A stretch of 25,403 nucleotides of DNA from a virus (Duplodnaviria > Caudoviricetes), in IMG/VR virus record IMGVR_UViG_3300042306_000660, positions 1-25,403 of that record, one strand, 5' to 3'. Below the pieces are notes generated by a model. The model searched no databases, was not told where the DNA came from, and saw nothing but the letters and a program-made list of their open reading frames with translations. A program made the translations under genes and the position numbers. Positions 8,616 to 15,916 of the stretch are shown here, piece by piece; within the stretch, counting starts at the first letter, position 1; every line of letters starts with the position of its first letter.

Positions 8616-9590
8616 ATGAAGTATTTCTCGGTATGTAGTGGGATTGAGGCTGCCACGGTAGCTTGGTCACCATTAGGTTGGGAGTGTGTGGGTTTATGTG
8701 ACTACGCCTCTTTCCCTCAAAAAGTATTGTCACATCACTATCCTAACGTCCCATTATTTTCTGATTTAACTAAACTAAACGATTATGAAACCTACAAAAA
8801 CCTCAACTGCGACGTATTGGTCGGAGGAACGCCTTGTCAATCTTTTTCCGATGCAGGACTCAACAAAGGAATGGATGATATCCGTGGTCAACTCTCCCTT
8901 AAGTATGGAGAAGTTCTTAAAGACAAACGACCAAGATGGTTCGTTTGGGAAAATGTCGAAGGCGTTTTTAAGAAAAAACACAGAAGAGCGTTGTGTGAAA
9001 TCATCTCCTCTTTCACAGGTACTAACTTCCAAGTCCAAGACCTTGACAAACAAGGAATCGTCCAAGGAGAAGAGTACTCAATCGCTTATCGGGTTTTCGA
9101 CAGCCAATACTTCGGAGTTCCCCAACGACGCAAAAGAATCATCATTGTCGGATATCGTGGAAAAAATTGGAAAGTCCCATTCTCAGTATTATTTGAAGAA
9201 GGATGTTTTGAAAGCGTTAAAGAAAAGAATAAAATCAAGAGGGATGAGTACACCCAAAATATTCTTGGACACATTAAACTCGCAGGTACAGTAACTAAGT
9301 CATATGCACGGACATTAGTCGACGGGTTTGGTAAAGTATCAACATCAAACTATTGGGTTGACAATGAATCAATTCGTATCTTTACTGAAAGAGAACTTGA
9401 AAGACTTCAAGGATTTCCTGACGGTTATTTAGACTTTGAAATTGATGGTAAGAAACCATCATATTCAAGCATTAAAGGTGCAATTGGTAATTCAATGACT
9501 GTTAACGTAATGTATTGGATTGGTCAACGAATCAACTTCATTGACAATTATATTGAATCACAAAAAGTTTTGAAATCTCGAAAAAAATAA
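8616..9590 (+). CDS. DNA (cytosine-5)-methyltransferase
   Basis: Motif I FSVCSGIEA, IV GGTPCQSFS, VI WENVEG, VIII PQRRKR, IX RIFTERELERLQGFPD, X IGNS. Confidence 0.95.
   Translation: MKYFSVCSGIEAATVAWSPLGWECVGLCDYASFPQKVLSHHYPNVPLFSDLTKLNDYETYKNLNCDVLVGGTPCQSFSDAGLNKGMDDIRGQLSLKYGEVLKDKRPRWFVWENVEGVFKKKHRRALCEIISSFTGTNFQVQDLDKQGIVQGEEYSIAYRVFDSQYFGVPQRRKRIIIVGYRGKNWKVPFSVLFEEGCFESVKEKNKIKRDEYTQNILGHIKLAGTVTKSYARTLVDGFGKVSTSNYWVDNESIRIFTERELERLQGFPDGYLDFEIDGKKPSYSSIKGAIGNSMTVNVMYWIGQRINFIDNYIESQKVLKSRKK
8785..9294 (+). CDS. Nested +1-frame ORF within the C5 methyltransferase (candidate second polypeptide)
   Basis: 169 stop-free codons in an AT-rich genome; upstream ACTAAACTAAA identical to that of the host gene; C-terminal TSEFP...SLSDIVE...YYL segment. 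Confidence 0.6.
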   Translation: MKPTKTSTATYWSEERLVNLFPMQDSTKEWMISVVNSPLSMEKFLKTNDQDGSFGKMSKAFLRKNTEERCVKSSPLSQVLTSKSKTLTNKESSKEKSTQSLIGFSTANTSEFPNDAKESSLSDIVEKIGKSHSQYYLKKDVLKALKKRIKSRGMSTPKIFLDTLNSQVQ

Positions 9591-9599
9591 CTATATTAG
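9569..9599 (+). promoter_or_regulatory. Bacteroidota sigma70-like promoter (variant -7 element)
   Basis: TTTG (9569-9572), 19-nt spacer, TATATTAG (9592-9599); ATG at 9603. Confidence 0.45.
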
Positions 9600-9602
9600 A
9601 TT

Positions 9603-9767
9603 ATGGAACCTAAAGAATCAAAATCAAATAGTCATTTTTGGATAAGCATTGTAAAATCAGGCATCAGATTCGGTGCCTGTTTTTTTCTTTTTCAAGGTGA
9701 TGTAAAAATTGCAGCAACACTGTTCGGACTGGCAGAAGTCTTAGGTATTGCTGAAGAAATATTTTAA
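9603..9767 (+). CDS. 54-aa membrane protein (not in ORF track)
   Basis: MEPKESKSNSHFWISIVKSGIRFGACFFLFQGDVKIAATLFGLAEVLGIAEEIF; fills the gap, stop 1 nt before the next ATG. Confidence 0.75.
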   Translation: MEPKESKSNSHFWISIVKSGIRFGACFFLFQGDVKIAATLFGLAEVLGIAEEIF

Positions 9768-9768
9768 C

Positions 9769-10068
9769 ATGAAAACAACAGAAAGACCAACAAACAATCT
9801 CAACACAGTAGTGTTCGAAGAACTGAACTTTCAACCACATCCGGCAGGAATGGGACAACAGTGTATTGTTCAATTCTCAAATGGATACGGGGCGAGTATT
9901 GTACAAGGACCACACACTTATGGTGGTTCAAAGGGATTATATGAATTAGCAGTCTTTGGTAAAGACGGTGGAATCACATACGACACACCAATTACCGATG
10001 ATGTTCTTGGTTATTTATCAGAACAAGATGTTGAAAAAACATTATTAGACATTAAAAATTTAGTCTAA
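9769..10068 (+). CDS. Phage-type hypothetical protein
   Basis: FSNGYGASIV...GLYELAV...TPITDDVLGYL pattern recalled from phage hypothetical proteins; ATG at 9769. Confidence 0.7.
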   Translation: MKTTERPTNNLNTVVFEELNFQPHPAGMGQQCIVQFSNGYGASIVQGPHTYGGSKGLYELAVFGKDGGITYDTPITDDVLGYLSEQDVEKTLLDIKNLV

Positions 10069-10340
10069 TGTCAACTGAAACTAGATTAAAAACCGCCTTC
10101 ATAATTTCAATTTTAACATCGATATGGTTAACCGTAATGTGGAGTAATAGTATGGTAACCGTAAAAGAACAAAAAAACAAAATCGACACTTTAACTTATG
10201 TGTCTGATAGTTTACATGATGAATTATTTATCATTAAGGTTGAATTGGGGAGACATGAATTGACAAGAGATTATTTCTTCGAAAAACATCCCGAACTTCA
10301 ATTGGAGTATGAAAATTTTATAAATCACGAAACAGAATAA
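10068..10340 (+). CDS. Membrane-anchored hypothetical protein
   Basis: N-terminal TM helix; TAATG stop/start overlap. Confidence 0.7.
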   Translation: MSTETRLKTAFIISILTSIWLTVMWSNSMVTVKEQKNKIDTLTYVSDSLHDELFIIKVELGRHELTRDYFFEKHPELQLEYENFINHETE

Positions 10341-10343
10341 AAT

Positions 10344-10667
10344 ATGTCAGATGAGGAATTTAAAAAACATATTAGTGGTGATTTAAATTTAGGTGGAACA
10401 AAATACTTAAATATAAAAGCAAGCACTATTATTAGTATGAACGAACAATTTACAGTTTATACAGAGGATGGTCCAAAGCATTTAAATGTTAATATAAGTG
10501 CAGATTTTGATGAGATACCAAAAAAATATCACGAGGTATTTTTAAATGTATTAACAGCAAAATATTCAAACTCAGTTTCATTTGGAAATAATCCATTTTC
10601 AGAATGTAAGCCAGTTCAAAAAAAGAAATGGTGGCAGTTTTGGAAAACAGAATATTTCACAAAATAA
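10344..10667 (+). CDS. Hypothetical protein
   Basis: 107-aa ORF with an amphipathic KKWWQFWK near the C-terminus. Confidence 0.7.
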   Translation: MSDEEFKKHISGDLNLGGTKYLNIKASTIISMNEQFTVYTEDGPKHLNVNISADFDEIPKKYHEVFLNVLTAKYSNSVSFGNNPFSECKPVQKKKWWQFWKTEYFTK

Positions 10668-10675
10668 AAATACAT

Positions 10676-10828
10676 ATGAAAATATTAGGAGTATTATTTA
10701 TCACAATATTCTTGTGGATTACTTACGAAATTTGGAGGGCACCATTAATGGAAGAAACCGAAAATGGTAAACTTAAAACTAAAAGACCGACTAAAAAACT
10801 AAGTGACTTATGGCGAAGGCGAAAATAG
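10676..10828 (+). CDS. Small membrane protein
   Basis: MKILGVLFITIFLWITYEIW: a single TM helix plus basic tail. Confidence 0.6.
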   Translation: MKILGVLFITIFLWITYEIWRAPLMEETENGKLKTKRPTKKLSDLWRRRK

Positions 10829-11055
10829 AATATGATTTAAGTGACATAGACGACTCATATGCACATAAAAGGGCCGTTAAATCTCTCGATATGGCATTAG
10901 CTTTGTGGGAAATAACACATAATACTAAGAAGGGTTTGGAGTGGTCAATGGAAGGTAAGGAGATAGATAAGTACGATGCTCTCGAAATGGTATTTGAAAA
11001 GATACATGAAATAATATCTGACCATAGTATTGACTTAGATGATTTGATATTGTAA
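10810..11055 (+). CDS. Hypothetical protein
   Basis: 81-aa ORF tiling with neighbours. Confidence 0.7.
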   Translation: MAKAKIEYDLSDIDDSYAHKRAVKSLDMALALWEITHNTKKGLEWSMEGKEIDKYDALEMVFEKIHEIISDHSIDLDDLIL

Positions 11056-11062
11056 TATTTAT
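11056..11062 (+). promoter_or_regulatory. TATTTAT putative phage (late-type) promoter motif
   Basis: 4 nt before ATG 11067; recurs before five other plus-strand starts. Confidence 0.5.
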
Positions 11063-11066
11063 AACT

Positions 11067-11396
11067 ATGATTACAATATCTGAAGGAGCATTAAAACATT
11101 TAACACAATTAATGATGAGTGATGGGTTAACACCTGACACTCATTTTTTGCGCGTAGGGGTTAAAGGTGGAGGATGTAGTGGGTTATCGTATGTAATGGA
11201 TTTTGACGACACCACCACTGACATGGATGAAGTTATTGATTTAACAACAATGAAAGTTGTTGTTGATAAAAAATCGGTCCTATATCTTTACGGTACACAA
11301 TTAGAATATTCCGATGGTCTAAACGGAAAGGGTTTTCACTGGGTGAACCCAAACGCATCACGTACTTGTGGATGTGGAGAAAGTTTTTCTCTTTAA
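11067..11396 (+). CDS. iscA: A-type Fe-S cluster carrier (IscA/SufA/HesB family)
   Basis: LRVGVKGGGCSGLSY and NPNA..TCGCGESF with all three conserved Cys. Confidence 0.95.
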   Translation: MITISEGALKHLTQLMMSDGLTPDTHFLRVGVKGGGCSGLSYVMDFDDTTTDMDEVIDLTTMKVVVDKKSVLYLYGTQLEYSDGLNGKGFHWVNPNASRTCGCGESFSL

Positions 11397-11451
11397 TTTT
11401 TTATTTTCAATTTTATTTTGTATATTTTATTAAACAATAAAACATACAATT

Positions 11452-11733
11452 ATGCCAGAATTTACAGCAGAAGTAGACATCGACCCAAGTGAGTTTATTG
11501 ACTCTTGTAGTAAAAGAGAAAAAGACCGATTAGTTGAAATATTAATCGAAGACGGTTACATTCAACCAGACCAAGATAGTAAGAACGGTAACAACGGAGT
11601 TCGTAGACCAAACATTAACGATCAAACATTTTGGGAAAGTTTAGAACGTCTTGCAAAGTGTAGAGATTTATTATCCATCGAAGAAGAAAACTTTATCAAT
11701 AACTTGGCAAACAAATTCAAATACATACGTTAA
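11452..11733 (+). CDS. Hypothetical protein
   Basis: 93-aa ORF with A-rich upstream region. Confidence 0.7.
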   Translation: MPEFTAEVDIDPSEFIDSCSKREKDRLVEILIEDGYIQPDQDSKNGNNGVRRPNINDQTFWESLERLAKCRDLLSIEEENFINNLANKFKYIR

Positions 11734-12347
11734 TGAAAGTATTAGAATTATTTGCGGGTAGTCGTTCAGTGGGAAAGATTGCCGAGGAATTAGGAATGGA
11801 AGTGTTTTCATCCGATTTAATTGAATTTGAAGGTATTCATTACCCAATTAGTATATTAGATTTTGATGTATCTAAAGTTCCGTTTCAACCCGATGTAATT
11901 TGGGCCTCACCTCCCTGTACTGGTTTCAGTGTTGCCGCAATTGGTCATCATTGGGCTGGTGGTAAAGGTGCTTACATACCTAAAACAGAAACCGCAAAAT
12001 TGGGTATTGAATTAGTTAAGAAAACATTAGAAATTATTAATCACTTTCAACCAACATATTGGTTTATGGAAAATCCACGTGGAGTTCTTCGTAAATTAGA
12101 CGTGGTTAAAGGATTGAAAAAGAATTCTGTTACCTATTGTCAATACGGTGATGAACGGATGAAACCAACTGACATATGGACTAACAGTGATGTGTGGACC
12201 CCAAAACCAATGTGTAAGAATGGAGATCCTTGTCATGTTGCTGCACCAAGAGGTAGTAGAACTGGAACACAAGGTCGAGCAAATGCATACGAAAGAAGTA
12301 AGATACCTGAAGAACTTTGTAGGGAGATTTTAAAAAGTTGTTTATGA
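11733..12347 (+). CDS. Short DNA (cytosine-5)-methyltransferase-like protein
   Basis: LELFAGS (motif I), WASPPC (IV), MENP (VI); only 204 aa. Confidence 0.85.
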   Translation: MKVLELFAGSRSVGKIAEELGMEVFSSDLIEFEGIHYPISILDFDVSKVPFQPDVIWASPPCTGFSVAAIGHHWAGGKGAYIPKTETAKLGIELVKKTLEIINHFQPTYWFMENPRGVLRKLDVVKGLKKNSVTYCQYGDERMKPTDIWTNSDVWTPKPMCKNGDPCHVAAPRGSRTGTQGRANAYERSKIPEELCREILKSCL

Positions 12348-13129
12348 GAGACATAAAAAAGATATATGTTTGTGGCGGAAGTCAATGTATTGGTGCCGGA
12401 TTCATATGGGAAGATGTTAAGAAAATTTACAAAGAACAACACAATATTGATATCAATAATCATTTAGATTTTGCGTACCCAAATATACTCGCAAAAAAGT
12501 TAAATGTCGAGATTATAAACGAGGGAGCACCTGGTGGGTCTGTTACTCGTATGTTGAGAAAAACATATGACTATCTTTTAGAGAATTACCCAACAATAAA
12601 AGAAACATTGGTGATATTAGAAGTTCCACCGGGTTGGAGGGAGGAATTAAATTCTATTGATTTAGGTAGAACAATTAATATGACGGTTGGTAATATTTTA
12701 TCTCCCGATGATGAGACAGATGTTGCATGTGGTAACAATAAAAAGGACACTCATAAAATACATAAAGACGCCACAACTTACTTTAATAGTTTTGTTGATT
12801 ATTATTTTGAGAGGGATAAGTGGATGGCGAATTTAGTTGGGTTGGTTTCTTTTTTAAAGTTAAATGATGTTGAACATATTATTATGGATAGTGGTGATTT
12901 AGATTACTTCTTGAAGAGAAAGAAAGTTAATTTAAATTATAATTTTGTTTGGTTTAGTGATAGATTTGAAAGACCTATGGGTCAATGGGCGGAAGAAGAA
13001 AAGTTATTAATTAAACATGAAACAAATGGGTTATCGGGAGATGAACACATGGGTGTAACGGCGAATCAAATAGTGGCCGATAAATTATATAAAATGATTA
13101 CAAATGAAAATCAATCATCCACTAGTTAA
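12344..13129 (+). CDS. SGNH/GDSL-like hydrolase-fold hypothetical protein
   Basis: CGGSQCIG block I-like, NEGAPGGS block II-like, C-terminal DEHMG..AN; ATGA overlap with the MTase stop. Confidence 0.55.
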   Translation: MRDIKKIYVCGGSQCIGAGFIWEDVKKIYKEQHNIDINNHLDFAYPNILAKKLNVEIINEGAPGGSVTRMLRKTYDYLLENYPTIKETLVILEVPPGWREELNSIDLGRTINMTVGNILSPDDETDVACGNNKKDTHKIHKDATTYFNSFVDYYFERDKWMANLVGLVSFLKLNDVEHIIMDSGDLDYFLKRKKVNLNYNFVWFSDRFERPMGQWAEEEKLLIKHETNGLSGDEHMGVTANQIVADKLYKMITNENQSSTS

Positions 13130-13784
13130 GGGTGTTGTAAAAGAAATTAAACCAAGAATATATTGTGTAACGGTAGATGATGATTACGATAGGGCAATGT
13201 TATTCTGTCGATACCAAGAATTCTACGAATCTCCATACAAAAAATTTAGAGGTAAACCATTTACATGGATGGAGTACATGAGATTCTATAAAAACTCTTG
13301 GAAAAAAAGAACGTTTACTTATCCGGATGATTGGGCAGGTTATAACATACCGAGTAATATGTTACAACAAGCTCATCACATATTTTGTAAAGATACCGAA
13401 TATGATTCAATTATGAACGACATCTATTGGTATTGTACAAATGATGTAATGGAAAAGAACGATGGTAGACAAACTGATTGGTATTTGATTGGTGCAAGTA
13501 GTAAAGACTTAGAGACAATGGATCACGAGATTGCTCACGGAATATATTTTACTAACAGTGAGTATAAAAAATCGGTCACTAAACTTATAAAAAAAATCAA
13601 ACCAACTCATTACGAGAAGTTAAAAAAGAAACTAATCAAGATGGGATATGTGAACGATAAAAAGATTATTGATGATGAAATTAATGCCTTTATGTCGACT
13701 GGTTTATATAATGGATTAGATACAAAAGAACTTAAAAAGTACGAAAAAGAATTTATTAAAAATTTTTGTAAGTTTACAAAATAA
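13104..13784 (+). CDS. Hypothetical protein with HExxH zinc-metallopeptidase-like motif
   Basis: DHEIAHG and downstream DEINAF (possible third ligand). Confidence 0.55.
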   Translation: MKINHPLVKGVVKEIKPRIYCVTVDDDYDRAMLFCRYQEFYESPYKKFRGKPFTWMEYMRFYKNSWKKRTFTYPDDWAGYNIPSNMLQQAHHIFCKDTEYDSIMNDIYWYCTNDVMEKNDGRQTDWYLIGASSKDLETMDHEIAHGIYFTNSEYKKSVTKLIKKIKPTHYEKLKKKLIKMGYVNDKKIIDDEINAFMSTGLYNGLDTKELKKYEKEFIKNFCKFTK

Positions 13785-13795
13785 TTTAAAACGAT

Positions 13796-13933
13796 ATGGA
13801 AAATATTTTTGAAAAAATAATTAGGGTATTCTTATTTATTGTGATGGTTAGTTTAGGAACCTTTCTATTAATTTGGACGTCTATTTTTATGTACACAATT
13901 GCAGCTGGAGTTTATTATGGACTTACAAAATAA
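13796..13933 (+). CDS. 45-aa hydrophobic micro-protein (not in ORF track)
   Basis: MENIFEKIIRVFLFIVMVSLGTFLLIWTSIFMYTIAAGVYYGLTK; fills the intergenic gap. Confidence 0.6.
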   Translation: MENIFEKIIRVFLFIVMVSLGTFLLIWTSIFMYTIAAGVYYGLTK

Positions 13934-13940
13934 TTAACAT

Positions 13941-14354
13941 ATGAAAATTGTTATTGTAAGTGGATATTTTAACCCTCTTCATAAGGGACACATTGAGTAT
14001 TTCAATAAGTCCAAGGAGAATGGTGACAAACTATATGTGATTGTTAATAATGACAAACAGAGGGAATTAAAGGGTAGTAAAGAGTTCCAAGATGAAAATG
14101 AGAGAATTTTCATAATTCAAAATCTAAAAATGGTTGACCGAGTATTTTTATCTATTGATACGGATAGAACTGTTTGTCAAACAATTGGTATGATCCATTC
14201 TTTGGAGGACCCATCGGACGAACTATTCTTTGCAAATGGCGGTGACCAAGTAAACGATACAATTCCCGAGAGACAAGTATGTGATTGGTTAGGTATAAAA
14301 TTAATTGACGGTTTGGGAGATAAAATACAATCTTCATCTTGGTTAATTAAATAA
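13941..14354 (+). CDS. Cytidylyltransferase-like nucleotidyltransferase (HIGH superfamily)
   Basis: VSGYFNPLHKGH, VIVNND, FANGGD, KIQSSS motifs. Confidence 0.9.
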   Translation: MKIVIVSGYFNPLHKGHIEYFNKSKENGDKLYVIVNNDKQRELKGSKEFQDENERIFIIQNLKMVDRVFLSIDTDRTVCQTIGMIHSLEDPSDELFFANGGDQVNDTIPERQVCDWLGIKLIDGLGDKIQSSSWLIK

Positions 14355-14412
14355 AATCTAACGTAGAAAAATACAATTTTCGTGATATATATGTTATAGT
14401 AAAAACATATTA

Positions 14413-14838
14413 ATGCAAGAAGAATTCGTACCGTATCACCAACATCTTTTGATGAAGATTTGGATTACAAACCCACCGAAAGAGGTGGAGGTTCTCAACA
14501 AATGGTTTGTTGATTTAGTTCATAAAGTTAAAATGGAAGTAGTCGGTGGTCCGACAAGTGTTTACGTGGATTATCCCGGTAATGAAGGATTAACAGGTAC
14601 TGTAACACTCGCAACATCACACTCATCAATACATATTTGGGACCAAACCCAACCAGCAATGGCTCAATTTGACATTTATAGTTGTAAATGTTTCTCATTG
14701 TCAGATGTGTTAGAACAATTTGAACCTTGGGGTATTATTAATGTGGAGTGGGTAATGATTGATAGAAACGATAAACCAACGGTAATATCCGAAGGTATTT
14801 GGTCCCCACAATTGCAATATATCGATGAAAATTCTTAA
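14413..14838 (+). CDS. speD: S-adenosylmethionine decarboxylase family proenzyme
   Basis: GLTGTVTLATSHSSIHIW (self-cleavage Ser) and FDIYSC; substrate not certain. Confidence 0.8.
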   Translation: MQEEFVPYHQHLLMKIWITNPPKEVEVLNKWFVDLVHKVKMEVVGGPTSVYVDYPGNEGLTGTVTLATSHSSIHIWDQTQPAMAQFDIYSCKCFSLSDVLEQFEPWGIINVEWVMIDRNDKPTVISEGIWSPQLQYIDENS

Positions 14839-15157
14839 AAAAAATTGGAATATACAAGAATTGCACGTAACTTCGTGGCTATTAAAGGATATGTTTTGGT
14901 GTCTGAAGTTTACTTGGTTAGCAACTCTAATGGTAATTCCGACTTCTATTTTAACAATTTATCTTTTAATTACAGAAAAAAATAATAGAGATATTAACTT
15001 AACATTGACATCGTGGGTATTCATGAATGTTTTTTGGATGTTACACGAACTACAAAACTTACCGTTTTGGATAGTTCAAATCTTTATGTTATTGGGTATT
15101 TTCAATACCTTTAGATTAATTGTTAAACTAAGAAAAAATGAAAGTAATATTTCTTGA
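14825..15157 (+). CDS. Multi-pass membrane protein
   Basis: Several hydrophobic Trp-rich segments. Confidence 0.65.
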   Translation: MKILKKNWNIQELHVTSWLLKDMFWCLKFTWLATLMVIPTSILTIYLLITEKNNRDINLTLTSWVFMNVFWMLHELQNLPFWIVQIFMLLGIFNTFRLIVKLRKNESNIS

Positions 15158-15719
15158 CCACGATGGGGTGATTTGTTTATCAACGGAATGGGGTGGTAGA
15201 TACAAAAAACAACAAAAAGCCGGACGTAAGTTAAGTCAATCGGTAGAATCTTTACCGGTCAACGCACGCTTTGACAATTTTAATAAGAAAGCAATCGGAA
15301 TACTAAATGAAATATTGGAAGAAACCGATGCTGAAATCGTTGTCTCATCTGATTGGAAAAGATGGGCCACCGTTGAGGAGATGGGTGAATACTATGAGTC
15401 ACAAGGAATCAAAAAGAAACCCATAGCATTCACAAAGAAACTAATTGATAGTGACGTACCCCAAAATTTTGTATGGTCACCAAGATGGGAATTAGAACAA
15501 GAACGTTCAATCGAAATTAATCAATATCTACAAGACCATCCTGAAATAACTCATTGGGTTGCGGTGGACGACCTGAATATGGGTATTCCACAAACACATG
15601 AAAGTTGGGGGGAGATGGAAATGGATTGGGGATTAACTAACTTTGTATTAACACCAAAGAGTATTGAGGGTATTAAACAAACAGGAATTAAAGAGAAAAT
15701 TTTAAAATATTTATTATAA
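15138..15719 (+). CDS. HAD-superfamily phosphatase (RNA-repair-associated HAD-like)
   Basis: IFLDHDGV (DxD), IVVSSDW, VAVDD motifs. Confidence 0.8.
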   Translation: MKVIFLDHDGVICLSTEWGGRYKKQQKAGRKLSQSVESLPVNARFDNFNKKAIGILNEILEETDAEIVVSSDWKRWATVEEMGEYYESQGIKKKPIAFTKKLIDSDVPQNFVWSPRWELEQERSIEINQYLQDHPEITHWVAVDDLNMGIPQTHESWGEMEMDWGLTNFVLTPKSIEGIKQTGIKEKILKYLL

Positions 15720-15886
15720 TGGAATATGTAATTATTTTTGGTTTAATGATTATCATCATTGGGTTTATTTCTTGGAGATGGGTTGTGGGTATCGACTACA
15801 TGCAAAAAAATCATCCTGATTACAAGGGAGATGACCTATTTGGTATATTTGATGAAAACGATAAAAATCAGATTGGGAATGGTTAA
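15719..15886 (+). CDS. 55-aa membrane micro-protein (not in ORF track)
   Basis: MEYVIIFGLMIIIIGFISWRWVVGIDYMQKNHPDYKGDDLF...; TAATG overlap with the upstream stop. Confidence 0.7.
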   Translation: MEYVIIFGLMIIIIGFISWRWVVGIDYMQKNHPDYKGDDLFGIFDENDKNQIGNG

Positions 15887-15903
15887 AAACCAAAATATCT
15901 TGA

Positions 15904-15910
15904 TATTTAT
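15904..15910 (+). promoter_or_regulatory. TATTTAT putative phage (late-type) promoter motif
   Basis: 6 nt before ATG 15917. Confidence 0.55.
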
Positions 15911-15916
15911 ATTAAT

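Noticed and set aside
9664-9873. 69-aa minus ORF offered for this gap
   Set aside because: The plus-strand 54-aa gene 9603..9767 fits the promoter and tiling better
10582-10770. 62-aa plus-strand alternative-frame ORF
   Set aside because: Overlaps two better-supported genes, is short, and has no independent initiation evidence
8616-12347. Complete restriction-modification system
   Set aside because: No neighbour shows recognisable PD-(D/E)xK, HNH or GIY-YIG motifs; a highly diverged nuclease cannot be fully excluded
14384-14392. TATATAT upstream of the AdoMetDC gene as another late-type motif
   Set aside because: Low-complexity AT run that deviates from TANTTAT and lies farther from the ATG than the plus-strand examples
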